Source: the human T2T-CHM13v2.0 reference genome, Homo sapiens
Strand: one strand, 5' to 3'
Assembly: GCF_009914755.1 (NCBI RefSeq)
Contig: NC_060926.1
DNA: 64,000 nt
The notes under the pieces are model-generated. The model did not search any database. It was not told the origin of the DNA and was given only the letters and a program-made list of their open reading frames with translations. The first letter of the stretch is position 1; each line of letters starts with the position of its first letter. Positions 48,310 through 64,000 of the stretch are shown here, piece after piece. Made by a program: the position numbers and the translations under genes.

Positions 48310-50056
48310 ATTTTTAAATTACCTTTTAAAAAATGATTATAACAGTAATATTATTTATTATTAAAAATTTAGCAAATATAAAAAGTATAATGAAGAAAAT
48401 AAAAATAACTCATAATCCAATGGCTCTGAGTTAACCATCATTAGCCTTCTATTTGCATATATTTTATAATACATGCAGTTTTAGACCCTGTTTATATTTT
48501 GTCCTCAGCAGTCTATTGTGAGAATAGTCTCAATATTATTAAAAATCTTTAAAGATCAAATTTTAATGGCTGCATAGTATTCAATCATATAGTTTTATCA
48601 CAGTTTATTTAGCCAATACCTTGTTGTTGGATGTAGTTTCTAATTTATTTCTCTTTAAAAATACTGTGGGTAATAGTCATATGATATATTTTGAATCTCT
48701 AAGTAATTCCTTAGGAAAAATTTTGAGTAATAAAATTATGGGATTAAATGACATGAACTTTCTAAGGCTTTTGACACATGTCACCTAATGGTTTGGAAAC
48801 TGTACTCTTGCATTCACATTTCAGAAAATGCATTCACATTTTAGAAAAATCTTCGGCAATTTATCAGGCAAAAGTATCTCACTCTTGTTTTCTTTTCTAG
48901 TTGTTAGAATTCTAGTGAGATTGAACATGTATTTCATGGGTTTATTGGGCATTTATTTGTTTTTTTATTCTATGTGTTGTCTCTTTTTTTTCTATTGATG
49001 TGTGCCAGAAAGAATATGGGCTCTCAAAGATGTCCATAATCTTGTCCCTGAACATGTGAATATATTTGCTTACATGGCAAAATGGACTTTGCAGATGTGA
49101 TTAAATTAAGGACCTTGAGATGAGGATATTATTCTGAATTATTTATGTGGAGTCGTTATTGGAGGGAGACAGGAGAGTTAGAGTCAGAGCAGGAGAGTTG
49201 ACAAAGGAAGCTGAGGTCACAGGAGGGTGATCTGAAATATTACATTGCTGGCTTTGAAGATGGAAGAAGAGGCTGTAAGGCAGGAAAGGCAGGTGGCCCG
49301 CAGAAACTGGGAAAGGGAGGGAAAGGATTTTCTCCGAGAGCATGGAACAAGCTAGCCCTGTTGAAATCTTGACTTTAGCTCAGTGAGAATGCTTTCAGAC
49401 TTCTGACGGCCAGGAATGTAAGAGAATAAATTTGTGTGGTGTAAGCCACTAAATTGGTGATAATTTGTTACAGCAGCAGTAGGAAAGAAAACACAGAATG
49501 TTCTTATTTTTTATTGATATGTGAATATTTTTATATGCAGTAGTCATTAACTTGTCATATATATTGCAAAATTTTTTTCAAGGTTGCCATTTGCTTTTAA
49601 ATAATTTTATGGTGTTTTCTGATACAGAGTTTTGTTGTTAACTTTTAAAATATCCTTGATGTTACATTAGATAAGCTTTATTTCAGTGATATACAAATTT
49701 TAAATATTATGCAGTTAAATCTATGTATCTTTTCCTTGGTGACATATTCTATTGCTTTTAAATCAGTTTTATATTCACCAGTGTTACTTCCAACATTTTT
49801 ATGGTATGTGATTTTTCATTTATCATTCTTCATTAAGTTTTTATATATTTTTAGTCCTATTTCAGGACTATCTAGTCTTTCCTATTAATCTGTCAAGGCC
49901 TGTGCTATTACCACATCATCTAAATTATTGTAGTTTCATAAAAGTTTTTATGTCTAGTAGCTAAATCCTTATTCATTACTCTTTTCTTTAATTTTTTAAA
50001 AGCTGGTCTCAATGTTTTATTTTTCTAGATGAATCTTAGAATCACTTAGACAAGTT
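48310..50056 (-). mobile_element. Old L1M (L1ME-like) antisense fossil; host for MLT1 and the young L1
   Basis: 'ttttaatggctgcatagtattc', 'attgtagtttcataaaagttttta...gatgaatcttagaatcac' are antisense L1M motifs; sequence resumes after 56148. Confidence 0.7.
49001..49495 (+). mobile_element. MLT1C/D solo LTR
   Basis: 'tacatggcaaaatggactttgcagatgtgattaaattaagg...gagaataaatttgtgtggtgtaagccact...tttgttacagcagca'; TG...CA ends. Confidence 0.85.
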
Positions 50057-50072
50057 GAAAAATTTTATTTGA

Positions 50073-50978
50073 GGGGGAGGAGCCAAGATGGCCGAATAGG
50101 AACAGCTCCGGTCTACAGCTCCCAGCCTGAGCGACGCAGAAGACGGTGATTTCTGCATTTCCATCTGAGGTACAGGGTTCATCTCACTAGGGAGTGCCAG
50201 ACAGTGGGCGCAGGCCAGTGAGTGCGCGCACCGTGCACGAGCCGAAGCAGGGCGAGGCATTGCCTCACTTGGGAAGCGCAAGGGGTCAGGGAGTTCCCTT
50301 TCCGAGTCAAAGAAAGGGGTGACGGACGGCACCTGGAAAATCGGGTCACTCCCACCCGAATACAGCGCTTTTCCGACGGGCTTAAAAAACGGCGCACCAC
50401 GAGATTATATCCCACACCTGGCTTGGAGGGTCCTATGCCCACGGAGTCTCGCTGATTGCTAGCACAGCAGTCTGAGATCAAACTGCAAGGTGGCAGCGAG
50501 GCTGGGGGAGGGGCGCCCGCCATTGCCCAGGCTTGCTTAGGTAAACAAAGCAGCCTGGAAGCTCCAACTGGGCGCAGCCCACCACAGCTCAAGGAGGCCT
50601 GCCTGCCTCTGTAGGCTCCACCTCTGGGGGCAGGGCACAGACAAACAAAAAGACAGCAGTAACCTCTGCAGACTTAAATGTCCCTGTCTGACAGCTTTGA
50701 AGAGAGCAGTGGTTCTCCCAGCATGCAACTGGAGATCTGAGAACGGGCAGACTGCCTCCTCAAGTGGGTCCCTGACCCCTGACCCCCGAGCAGCCTAACT
50801 GGGAGGCACCCCCCAGCAGGGGCACACTGACACCTCACACGGCAGGGTATTCCAACAGACCTGCAGCTGAGGGTCCTGTCTGTTAGAAGGAAAACTAACA
50901 AACAGAAAGGACATCCACACCAAAAACCCATCTGTACATCACCATCATCAAAGACCAAAAGTAGATAAAACCACAAAG
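50073..50978 (+). promoter_or_regulatory. L1 5'UTR internal sense and antisense promoter, CpG-rich
   Basis: YY1 site CAAGATGGCCG near the 5' end; many retained CpGs; established L1 promoter architecture. Confidence 0.85.
50179..50523 (-). CDS. ORF0: L1 antisense ORF0-like frame, 114 aa
   Basis: MAGAPPPASLPPCSLISDCCASNQRDSVG... is the ORF0 N-terminus; ATG at 50523-50521; open to 50179. Expression not shown. Confidence 0.6.
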   Translation of the reverse strand: MAGAPPPASLPPCSLISDCCASNQRDSVGIGPSKPGVGYNLVVRRFLSPSEKRCIRVGVTRFSRCRPSPLSLTRKGNSLTPCASQVRQCLALLRLVHGARTHWPAPTVWHSLVR

Positions 50979-51995
50979 ATGGGGAAAAAACAGAACAGAA
51001 AAACTGGAAACTCTAAAAACCAGAGCGCCTCTCCTCCTCCAAAGGAACGCAGTTCCTCACCAGCAACGGAACAAAGCTGGATGGAGAATGACTTTGAGGA
51101 GCTGAGAGAAGAAGGCTTCAGACGATCAAATTACTCTGAGCTACGGGAGGACATTCAAACCAAAGGCAAAGAAGTTGAAAACTTTGAAAAAAATTTAGAA
51201 GAATGTACAACTAGAATAACCCATACAGAGAAGTGCTTAAAGGAGCTGATGGAGCTGAAAACCAAGGCTCGAGAACTACGTGAAGAATGCAGAAGGCTCA
51301 GGAGCCGATGCGATCAACTGGAAGAAAGGGTATCAGCGATGGAAGATGAAATGAATGAAATGAAGCGAGAAGGGAAGTTTAGAGGAAAAAGAATAAAAAG
51401 AAATGAGCAAAGCCTCCAAGAAATATGGGACTATGTGAAAAGACCAAATCTACATCTGATTGGTGTACCTGAAAGTGATGGGGAGAATGGAACCAAGTTG
51501 GAAAACACTCTGCAGGATATTATCCAGGAGAACTTCCCCAATCTAGCAAGGCAGGCCAACGTTCAGATTCAGGAAATACAGAGAACGCCACAAAGATACT
51601 CCTCGAGAAGAGCAACTCCAAGACACATAATTGTCAGATTCACCGAAGTTGAAATGAAGGAAAAAATGTTAAGGGCAGCCAGAGAGAAAGGTCAGGTTAC
51701 CCTCAAAGGGAAGCCCATCAGACTAACAGCGGATCTCTCAGCAGAAACCCTACAAGCCAGAAGAGAGTGGGGGCCAATATTCAACATTCTTAAAGAAAAG
51801 AATTTTCAACCCAGAATTTCATATCCAGCCAAACTAAGCTTCATAAGCGAAGGAGAAATAAAATACTTTACAGACAAGCAAATGCTGAGAGATTTTGTCA
51901 CCACCAGGCCTGCCCTAAAAGAGCTCCTGAAGGAAGCACTAAACATGGAAAGGAACAACCGGTACCAGCCGCTGCAAAATCATGCCAAAATGTAA
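50979..51995 (+). CDS. ORF1: L1 ORF1p RNA-binding protein, 338 aa, uninterrupted
   Basis: MGKKQNRKTGNSK...; REKG, ARR and YPAKLS motifs present; His at residue 159. Confidence 0.92.
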   Translation: MGKKQNRKTGNSKNQSASPPPKERSSSPATEQSWMENDFEELREEGFRRSNYSELREDIQTKGKEVENFEKNLEECTTRITHTEKCLKELMELKTKARELREECRRLRSRCDQLEERVSAMEDEMNEMKREGKFRGKRIKRNEQSLQEIWDYVKRPNLHLIGVPESDGENGTKLENTLQDIIQENFPNLARQANVQIQEIQRTPQRYSSRRATPRHIIVRFTEVEMKEKMLRAAREKGQVTLKGKPIRLTADLSAETLQARREWGPIFNILKEKNFQPRISYPAKLSFISEGEIKYFTDKQMLRDFVTTRPALKELLKEALNMERNNRYQPLQNHAKM

Positions 51996-52058
51996 AGACC
52001 ATCAAGACTAGGAAGAAACTGCATCAACTAAAGAGCAAAATAACCAGCTAACATCATA

Positions 52059-55885
<3,827 letters not shown>

Positions 55886-56148
55886 ACAATGAGATCACAT
55901 GGACACAGGAAGGGGAATATCACACTCTGGGGACTGTTGTGGGGTGGGGGGAGGGGGGAGGGATAGCACTGGGAGATATACCTAATGCTAGATGACGAGT
56001 TAGTGGGTGCAGTGCACCAGCATGGCACATGTATACATATGTAACTAACCTGCACATTGTGCACATGTACCCTAAAATTTAAAGTATAATTTAAAAAAAA
56101 AATGTGAAAAGAAAAGGCAAAAAAAAAAAAAAGAAAAATTTTATTTGA

Positions 56149-57200
56149 ATTTTAAATTTGCAATAAATCTATAAATTAATTTGCAATGAATCTATAAATT
56201 AATATCAGCTCTTACCAGGGAAGAACATGGTGTTTTTCCATTTATAAAAATTAAAGAAATATATTTCTATAAAGTTTGATCATTTCATTGATGTAATCTC
56301 AGATGTTATTCAATAAGATCAGTTTTGGGCATTTTAGATGTTGTGTTGCTATTGGGATTAGATTGTTTTCTTCATAGTACTTATTAACTAATTTTGGCTA
56401 ATATATTGGAAGGCTTTCGACTTTTGTAAACATGTCTTGTGCTTTACTGAACTTTGCTATTTATGTTTTCAGTATTTTTTTGATATATAAGTATATCACA
56501 TGCAAATGGTGGTGGTTTCATTTTCTACATCCTAAAGTTTACCCTTTCTTTTGATTTCAAAATTTTAAAGTACTGACTAGACCTTCCAGAACCATGTTGA
56601 ATGTTAACAGTAAAACAATGTGTCTTCATCGTATTTATCAGTATAGTGCTGGCTATTGTAAGATTGGCCTTATTTTTCATTTTAAGGAATTATTCTCTTC
56701 CTAGTTTAAAGCATGGATTGAAATTATTTGAGTCTTCATTTTTTTTTCCAGTTGGATCTGTGGAACTAATATATGAATTATTTTCTGAATGATAAACTCA
56801 ATTTATATTTCTATGATAAACTTAACTTTGATTATTGGACATTCTTTGCAATACAGTATAGAATCTAGTAGGTTTGTTTTTTTAAAAAAATTAGGATTAT
56901 TGAATCTATATTTACAAATAAAACAAAACTATAGTTTTAATATTTTTTTCCATCAGATTTTCTTATGGAACAGTGTTTAGCTACTTAAAATATACTGGGT
57001 GCTTTACAGTTTTTTTCTGTTTCCTGGAGCTTACATTGGATGAGGATTTGAAAGAACTCACCTATAAAACTAGCTGCTTTGGACGATTTTCAGAAGTTAC
57101 GTTTTTTTGAAGTTATTCAATTTTTTAATGATTTCTTCTAAATAGATTTCCTTTAAGTCATTTGTTTATTTATTTATTTATTTTACAATATTATCATTTC
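56149..57200 (-). mobile_element. Continuation of the old antisense L1M fossil
   Basis: 'gcaatgaatctataaattaat', 'actgactagaccttccagaaccatgttgaat' and 'ttaaggaattattctcttcctagttta' are antisense L1M ORF2 motifs. Confidence 0.65.
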
Positions 57201-57356
57201 ATTGAGATCTAGATAAATGAGGCTTCCAAAGAAAGATTATAGTGGTTATGTTTTCAATTTTCCTAAGATGGAACATAACTGCTACAATTCTAGAGGCAGA
57301 GGAGAGAAGTTGAACTGGTTGAAAAGGGCTGGTATTGAGGTAAACATAACACTTTC

Positions 57357-58122
57357 TTTTCTTTTCTTTTTTTTTTTTTAACTTTTAAGTTCAGGGGTAC
57401 ATGCGCAGGATGTGCAGATTTGTTACATAGGTAAACGTGTCATGAGGGTTTGTTGTACAGATTATTTCATCACCCAGGTATTAAGCTTAGTATTTATTAG
57501 TTGCTTTTCCTAATCCTCTGCATCTTCTCACCCTCCACCCTCTGGTAGGCCCCAGTACATGTTGTTCCCCTCTATGTGTCCCTGTGTTCTCGTTATTTAG
57601 CTTCCACTTATAAGTGAGAATATGCAGTATTTGGTTTCTGTTCTCGCATTGGTTTGCTAAGAATAATGGCCTCTAGCTCCATCCATGTTCCTGCAAAGGA
57701 CATGAGCTCATTCTTTTTTATGGCTGCATAGTATTCCATGGTGTATATGTACCACACTTTCTTTATCCAGTGTACCATTAGTAGGCATTTAGGTTGCCTA
57801 AATGGTATGCCTAATAAGCATGCATGTGTCTTTATTATAGAATGATGTATATTCCTTTGGGTATATACCCAGTAATGGGACTGCTGGGTCAAATGGTAAT
57901 TTTGTCCTTAGGCCTTTGAGGAATTGTCACACTAATTTATACTCCCACCAACAGTGTATAAGCTTTCCTTTTTCTCTGCAACCTCGCCAGACTCTGTTAG
58001 TTTTTGACTTTTTAATAATAGCTATTCTGACTGGTGTGGGATGATATCTCATTGTGGTTTTGATTTGCATTTCTCTAATGATCAGTGATGCTGAACTTTT
58101 TTTTATATGATTTTTGGCCACA
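57357..58122 (-). mobile_element. 5'-truncated older L1PA (PA11-16-like) 3' fragment
   Basis: Poly-T then 'aacttttaagttcaggggtacatgcgcaggatgtgcagatttgttacataggtaaacgtg'; ORFs 57608-57892 and 57927-58121 encode ORF2 C-terminal remnants. Confidence 0.9.
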
Positions 58123-58799
58123 TAAATAATACTTTCAAATAATTGTAAGACTCACCTTATCAATTTTTATATTCTCTATGCTTTTTACATTTACTTACAT
58201 GTGGTCTAAATTTCTAAAATTATGTTTGTTACATTTTTTTCCCCAATGAATCAGCTCTTGGATTTAATTTATAATTTTAATATGATTCTGTTTACTAATT
58301 TGGTTATATTTGCTTTTATTATTTCCTTTATACTAGATGAGTTTTTTTGTTGCATACTTTCTAATGGCTTGATTTTAGTATTTAACTAATTTCAAACAAT
58401 AATAGGAGCACTCTGAGTTGAGTTGAATGCTTAAGGTAAAGGATGGGGGCAGGGGTAGATAAAGATACCAGCTTGGAAGGCTGGTATATATAGGACCAAG
58501 GAGGGCCATGCATGCAAAAACAGAAGCTTTATTTTGAAAAGCCTCTGTTTTTGTAGGAATCGCTGAATGTTAGTGGTTGTACAGCTAGAATAAGTTATAT
58601 ACTGTATGAACAATTTTACCCTAGAGGGTGCCCAGAGTCCACTTGCTTGTAAAGACAATCTGTGCTGATTAACCCAGTCTTTGATCATAAAGTATTTGTA
58701 GAAGAGTTGCTTCAAGTGTTATGAATGGGGCATCATCCTAGGGGCAACCCAGAACATGCAAGAGGAGCTGAGAAACTTTGAGCATTTGGTGACAAAAGC

Positions 58800-59730
58800 C
58801 AACTAAGTATGTAGTAGCCATTCAAAGAATAAATATAGTAGAATTTGGGATAAGCAGAAAAAGCTTTCTGGAGGCAGAATTTGAGATGAGTCTGAAAGGA
58901 GGTAGAAGAGCTCAGTAATACATGCAAAAGATTTGGAGGGCAGTGTAGAGACAGTCTAAGAGATGGGAGTGTACATTGCGGATGATTAGAGAATGAGTTA
59001 AGCATAGCCGAAGCATATTAAGTTTATGGAGAACCTAAAAGTCAGTAGAGTTGGCACTGTAGTGGTAGTGCAGTCAATGGTAGGGAACCATTGAAGGTTC
59101 TTGAATGGGGAGTGACCCAATGAAAGATTCTTTTCACATGCTTTGTATTCAGGCTGGACTGGAGTGGGGAGACCTGACCTTGAAAATCAGTTCATGCGTA
59201 AAGTAGTAAGGGTATGACCCTAGTGACCATTGGGATACAAATGAAAGGGTGATTCTGAGAGGTGGCAGATGGAAAATCAGAGAACCATGGGGGAAGATTA
59301 GACATCTCTCAATTTTGATTCTTAAATACTTAAAATCAAATGGTTGTAAAAGGGTTCTATTTAAGATGAAATACAGTGTATTGAATTTTTAGCCTCTTGA
59401 GTTTGAGGTTGTGGCTGGACATCCACTTGGGATGCCTGGAGCTGGCTGGAAATGTGAAACTAATGTGCATAGGAATAGGGGCGAAAGAGTTGGGTTTGAC
59501 TGGAACCAGGACTTGGATGAGTCCATCAAAAGGATAAATGCAAATGAAGAAGATCAGAGGACACGGTCTTATGGAGATAAAACACACTTTTGGAGATGCT
59601 GGAGATTAAATTTAATATGTATAAGCTACAATGAGGGTGGGAGATATTACATGGGAATTGAGGCCAGTAGATGTAAAATAACACGTTGGGTTAGTTGTGC
59701 AGCAAAAGGAGAGACGTGCTGCTTGAAAGA
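58800..59730 (-). mobile_element. L2 fragments (antisense)
   Basis: 'aatggtagggaaccattgaaggttcttgaatggggagtgac' and 'ttgagtttgaggttgtggctggacatcca'. Confidence 0.6.
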
Positions 59731-60888
59731 AAGTAAAAAGGATTAAGTAAACAATAAAAACATTAATGATAACAATCATAATGATAGAAAAGGTTTTATT
59801 TAGTACAAACATCAGGTTGTATTTGAAGATATGCAAAGAAAGGCAGAAAGAAGTTATACAGAGAAAGAGATTGAAGTGCAGGAGTAAATTTTAGTCTTTC
59901 TCTGAAATATATGATCCATACTAAACTGAATACATTAATCAAATTGAACAAACTGAACTTGGTAGAAGTTAGGATAAAAAACTGGAATTAGTCTCATCTC
60001 AGAATAGTATGTTCAAGGTGGTTATAAAGGCCTATTCAATATTAGTTAGCATGTAATATCCAAAAGCAAAGGAGTTGGCTACTGATGACAAATATGCACC
60101 AAGATGACTTTAAGAAGTTGTAGGATGGTTAAAATCCAGGGTTAATCTCTTCTAAAGAATAAGGACAGTTTTGTCAATATTACTGACTGGTTGGCCCTTC
60201 AATAAATGAAATCTGCGTGTCTTTGAATTTTTTAAATCAAAGTGACTTTGATATAAGTTTCTTTGGAATAATTGAAAAAATAATGGCTTTTTAAATTTTT
60301 TTTCTCTTGAGTTGTTACTTGGAATTTGCGTACTTCTTTCAGAGCAATAAAATTTAATCTAAAGTTCAAGGTAGCTATTTATATTTTATTAAACCCTTAA
60401 GTTTAAGATAATATTTCTTGGAGTGGTGATTTATATATAGCTGAAAATTTTATAGGGAAGAATCAGTTACATAGGCCGTTTTTTCTTTTTTAGTGTGGAG
60501 GTGGGGGTGGGGGGAGGTTAGAAAGCCCTGGGAGAAACAAAGTAGAAAGACATTTTTGTTTCTAATCAGAGAAAAGAATAATAAAAATATAGGTGTCAAG
60601 GTGTGATTTCAAAAACCTTGCCCTTGCTTATGCTAAGGAGGAGGGTGAGGAGCTGGAGGACTGAAATTAGACATAGGGTGAGGGTGCTTGGAAATCAGGT
60701 TACCTAGGAGGACACCAGTGTGAAGATCAGCGTGTGAAGATGCCTAAATGAGAACAAAGAAAGACTGACAAGGAAGACAGAGAAGGACCCAAGAAGAGTC
60801 TGTAGGAATCCCCTGAACTGGTCTAATAGGGTTCTTTTGTGCAGAGCCATCTCTGAAGGCCCAAGGCCTTCACAGTTACTCTCTACAT

Positions 60889-61239
60889 CAGGGGTTACCA
60901 ACCCCCAGGTCACAGACTGGTACTGGTCTGTGGCCTGTTAGGAACCAGGCCACACAGCAGGAGGTGAGCAGCCTGCAAGCAAGAGCATTACCACCTGAGC
61001 TCCGCCCCTGTCAGATCAGCAGCTACATAGGAGCGTAAACTCTATTGTGAATAGTGCATGTGAGGGATCTAAGTTGCCCACTTTTTATGAGAATCTAATG
61101 CCTGATGTTCTGAGGTGGAGCAGTTTCATCTGGAAACCATCCTCCCCAATAGCTGCTTCCTCCATGTCCCCCACTCCTCTGTGGAAAAATTGTCTTCCAC
61201 AAAACTGGTCCCTGGTGCCAAAAAGGTTGGGGACCATTA
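60889..61239. mobile_element. MER1B hAT-Charlie MITE
   Basis: 'caggggttaccaaccccc...gtggcctgttaggaacc...ggtccctggtgccaaaaaggttggggacca'; degenerate 8-bp TSD ctctacat/ctctgcag. Confidence 0.85.
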
Positions 61240-61410
61240 CTCTGCAGTGTTAAAGACCTACCATATGGAAGCCATCATCTGAGTAGCATAATATACTCCC
61301 TATAGTTGCCAAAGGAACAGTCTTTCTTCAAGTAGAAATGTAGTTTCTCTTAAACACAGCATAATATTCTTTCTCTAGAAATCTTTCTTATTAGGCTCAA
61401 TTTTGCTCTC

Positions 61411-63691
61411 TGATATGGTTTGGCTGTGTCCACACCCAAATCTCATCTTGAATTTCCACGTGTTGTGGAAGGGACCCGGTGGGTTGTAACTGAATCATGG
61501 GGCAGGTCTTTCCTGTGCTGTTCTTGTGATAGTGAGTAAGTCTCACAATATTTGGTGGTTATAATAAGGGGAAGTTTTCCTGCACAAGCTCTCTTTGCCT
61601 GCTGAAATCCACGTAAGATGTGACTTGTTCCTCCTTGCCTTCTGCCACGATTGCAAGGCCTCCTCAGTCATATGGAACTGTAAGTCCAATTAAACCTTTT
61701 TCTTTTGTAAATTGCACAGTCTTGGGTATGTCTTTATCAGGAGCATGAAAATGGACTAATACAGTAAATTGGCATGAGTAGAGTGGTGTGCTGCTGAAAA
61801 GATACCTGAAAATGTGGAAGCGATTTTGGAACTGGGTAACAGGCAGGGGTTGGAAGAGTTTGGAAGGCTTAGAAGAAGAGAGAAAAATGTGGGAAAGTTT
61901 GGAACTTCCTAGAGACTTGTTAAATGTCTTTGACCAAAAGCCTGATAGCAATATGGACAATAAAGTCCAGGCTGAGGTTGTCTCAGATGGAGATGAGGAA
62001 CTTGTTGGGAACTGGAGCAAAGGTGACTCTTGTTATGTTTTAGCAAAGACACTGGCAGCATTTTGCCCCTGCCCTAGAGATTTGTGGAACTTTGAACTTG
62101 AGAGAGATAATTTAGGGTATCTGGCAGAAGAAATTTCTAAGCAGCAAAGCATTCAAGAGGTGACCTGGGTGCTCTTAAAGGCATTCAGTTTTATAAGGGA
62201 ATCAGAGCATAAAAGTTCAGAAAATTTGTAGCCTGACAATATGATAGAAAAGAAAAACCCATTTTCTCAGGAGAAATTCAAGCTGGCTGCAGAAATTTGC
62301 ATAAGTAACAAGAAGCCAAATGTTAATTGCCAAGACAATGGAGAAAATGTTTCCAGGGCATGTCAGAGGTCTTCATGGCAGCCTCTCCCATCACAGGTCC
62401 AGGGGCCTAGGAGAAAATGGTTTCATGGGCCCTGCCTAGGGTCCCCGTGCTGTGTGCAGTCTAGGGACTTGGTACTGTGTGTCTTAGCCACTCCAGCCAT
62501 GACTAAAAGGGGCCAAGGTACAGCTTGGGCTGTTACTTCAGAGGTAGAAGCCCTAAACCTTGGCAGCTTCCATGTGGTGTTGAGCCTGCTGGTGCACAGA
62601 AGCCAAGAATGGAGGTTTGGGAACCTCCGCCTAGATTTCAGAAGATGTACGGAAATGCCTGGATTCCCAGGCAAAAGTTTGCTGCAGGGGTGGGGCCCTT
62701 ATGGAGAACCTCTGCTAGGGCAGTGCAGAAGGGAAATGTGGGGTTGGAGCCCCCATGCAGGGTTCCTACTGAGGCGCTGCCTAATGGAACTGTGAGAAGA
62801 GGGCCACTGTCCTCCAGACCCCAGAATGGTAGATCTACTGACAGGTTGCACCATGTGCCTGAAAAGCTGCAGACACTCAATGCCAGCCCATGAAAGCAGC
62901 TGGGAGGGAGGATGTGCCCTGCAAACCCCCAGGGATGGAGCTGCCCAAGACCATGGGAACCAACCTCTAGGATCAGTGTGACCTGGATGTGAGACATGGA
63001 GTCAAAGATCATTTTGGAGCTTTAAGATTTGACAGCCCCGGTGGATTTTGGACTTGCATGGGGTCTGTAACCTCTTTGTTTTGGCCAGTGTTTCCCATTT
63101 GGAATGGCTGTATTTTATGCAATGCCTGTACCCCCATTATATCTAGAAAGTAACTAACTTGCTTTTGATGTTACAGGCTTATAGGCGGAAGGTACTTGCC
63201 TTGTCTCAGATGAGACTTTGGACTGTGGACTTCTGAGTTAATGCTGAAATGAGTTAAGACTTTGGGGGATTGTTGGGAAGGCATAACTGGTTTTGAAATG
63301 TGAGGACATGAGATTTGGGAGGGGCCAGGTGTGGAACGATATGGTTTGGCTCTGTCCCCACCCAAATCTCATCCTGAATTCCCATGTCTTGTGAGAGAGG
63401 CCTGGTGGGAGGTAATGGAATCATGGGGGCAGGTCTTTCCCATGATGTTCTCATGATAGTGAGTAAGTCGCATGAGATCTGATGGTTATTATAAGGAGGA
63501 GTTTTCCTGCACAAGCTCTCTTTGCCTGCTGCCATCCACAGAAGATGTGACTTGCTCCTCCTTGCCTTCTGCCATGATTGTGAGGCTTCTCCAGCCACGT
63601 GGAACTGTGAGTTCTCCATTAAACCTTTTTCTTTTGTAAGTTGCCCAGTCTCAGTATGTCTTTATCAGTAATGAGAAAATGGACTAATACA
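61411..63691 (+). mobile_element. Complete THE1 (THE1B-like) MaLR provirus: LTR-int-LTR
   Basis: 5' LTR 61411-61763, internal 61764-63336, 3' LTR 63337-63691; perfect 5-bp TSD ctctc (61406-61410, 63692-63696); purine tract before the 3' LTR. Confidence 0.95.
61788..62893 (+). pseudogene. Degraded THE1-int (MaLR) ORF remnants
   Basis: 'GRGWKSLEG.EE.RKMWESLELPRDLLN..DQ..DSNMDNKVQAEVVSDGDEELVGNWSKGDSCY.LAK.LAAFCPCPRDLWNFELERD' is the MaLR internal ORF; broken by stops and frameshifts. Confidence 0.8.
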
Positions 63692-64000
63692 CTCTCCAAT
63701 CTGGAAATAGTCCTTACAGAAAAGAGTGATTTCATTGCACCTGTCCAGATTCATTTTTTTTCTTTTTCTCAAAGGAGCCCAAATTAAAACACAAGAGCCT
63801 GTCTCGATGCAGACTGATTCTCTCTGTGCTGCTGGAAGTCATTTAGAATAAGACTATGAGGAAACTTGGGGGCATATATGCTATGCTGCTGCTCCGTTTG
63901 TGGGATGTTCTCAAGTGAGCCAAGGTTCACGGTTCACTGCCGATGTAGTTCCCAAGGGTCATGTAGCAGAAGAGAAAGATGTTTTCTGTCATCTTTGAAA

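Noticed and set aside
48809-48848. 20-bp tandem duplication (also a 23-bp one at ~56157-56203)
   Set aside because: Ordinary slippage duplications within old L1M sequence.

Overview
Non-coding, repeat-dominated hominid genomic DNA (AT-rich intronic/intergenic). I could not identify any host protein-coding gene. Nearly all ORF-track entries are spurious or transposon-derived. Main elements: (1) a full-length + strand SVA (29229-32021) with a ~280 bp 3' transduction inside a perfect 14-bp TSD and a 20-bp SINE-R deletion that suggests a Pan (chimpanzee/bonobo) SVA lineage; (2) a full-length L1PA2-like LINE-1 (50073-56132, 16-bp TSD) with an open ORF1 (R159H), an open antisense ORF0 frame and a disabled ORF2; (3) a complete THE1 MaLR provirus with 5-bp TSD; (4) five Alus, several solo LTRs, L2/MIR/L1M fossils and hAT DNA-transposon remnants; (5) two very old CR1/L3 reverse-transcriptase fossils recognised by conceptual translation. 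The most unusual non-TE structure is an AT-rich tandem array of self-palindromic ~33-bp units (46449-46639). Each junction recreates a TTC-N3-GAA (STAT/BCL6-type) site, and the array sits next to an enhancer-like unique block and a strong CTCF motif. Subfamily names and the boundaries of old repeats were judged by eye and are approximate.
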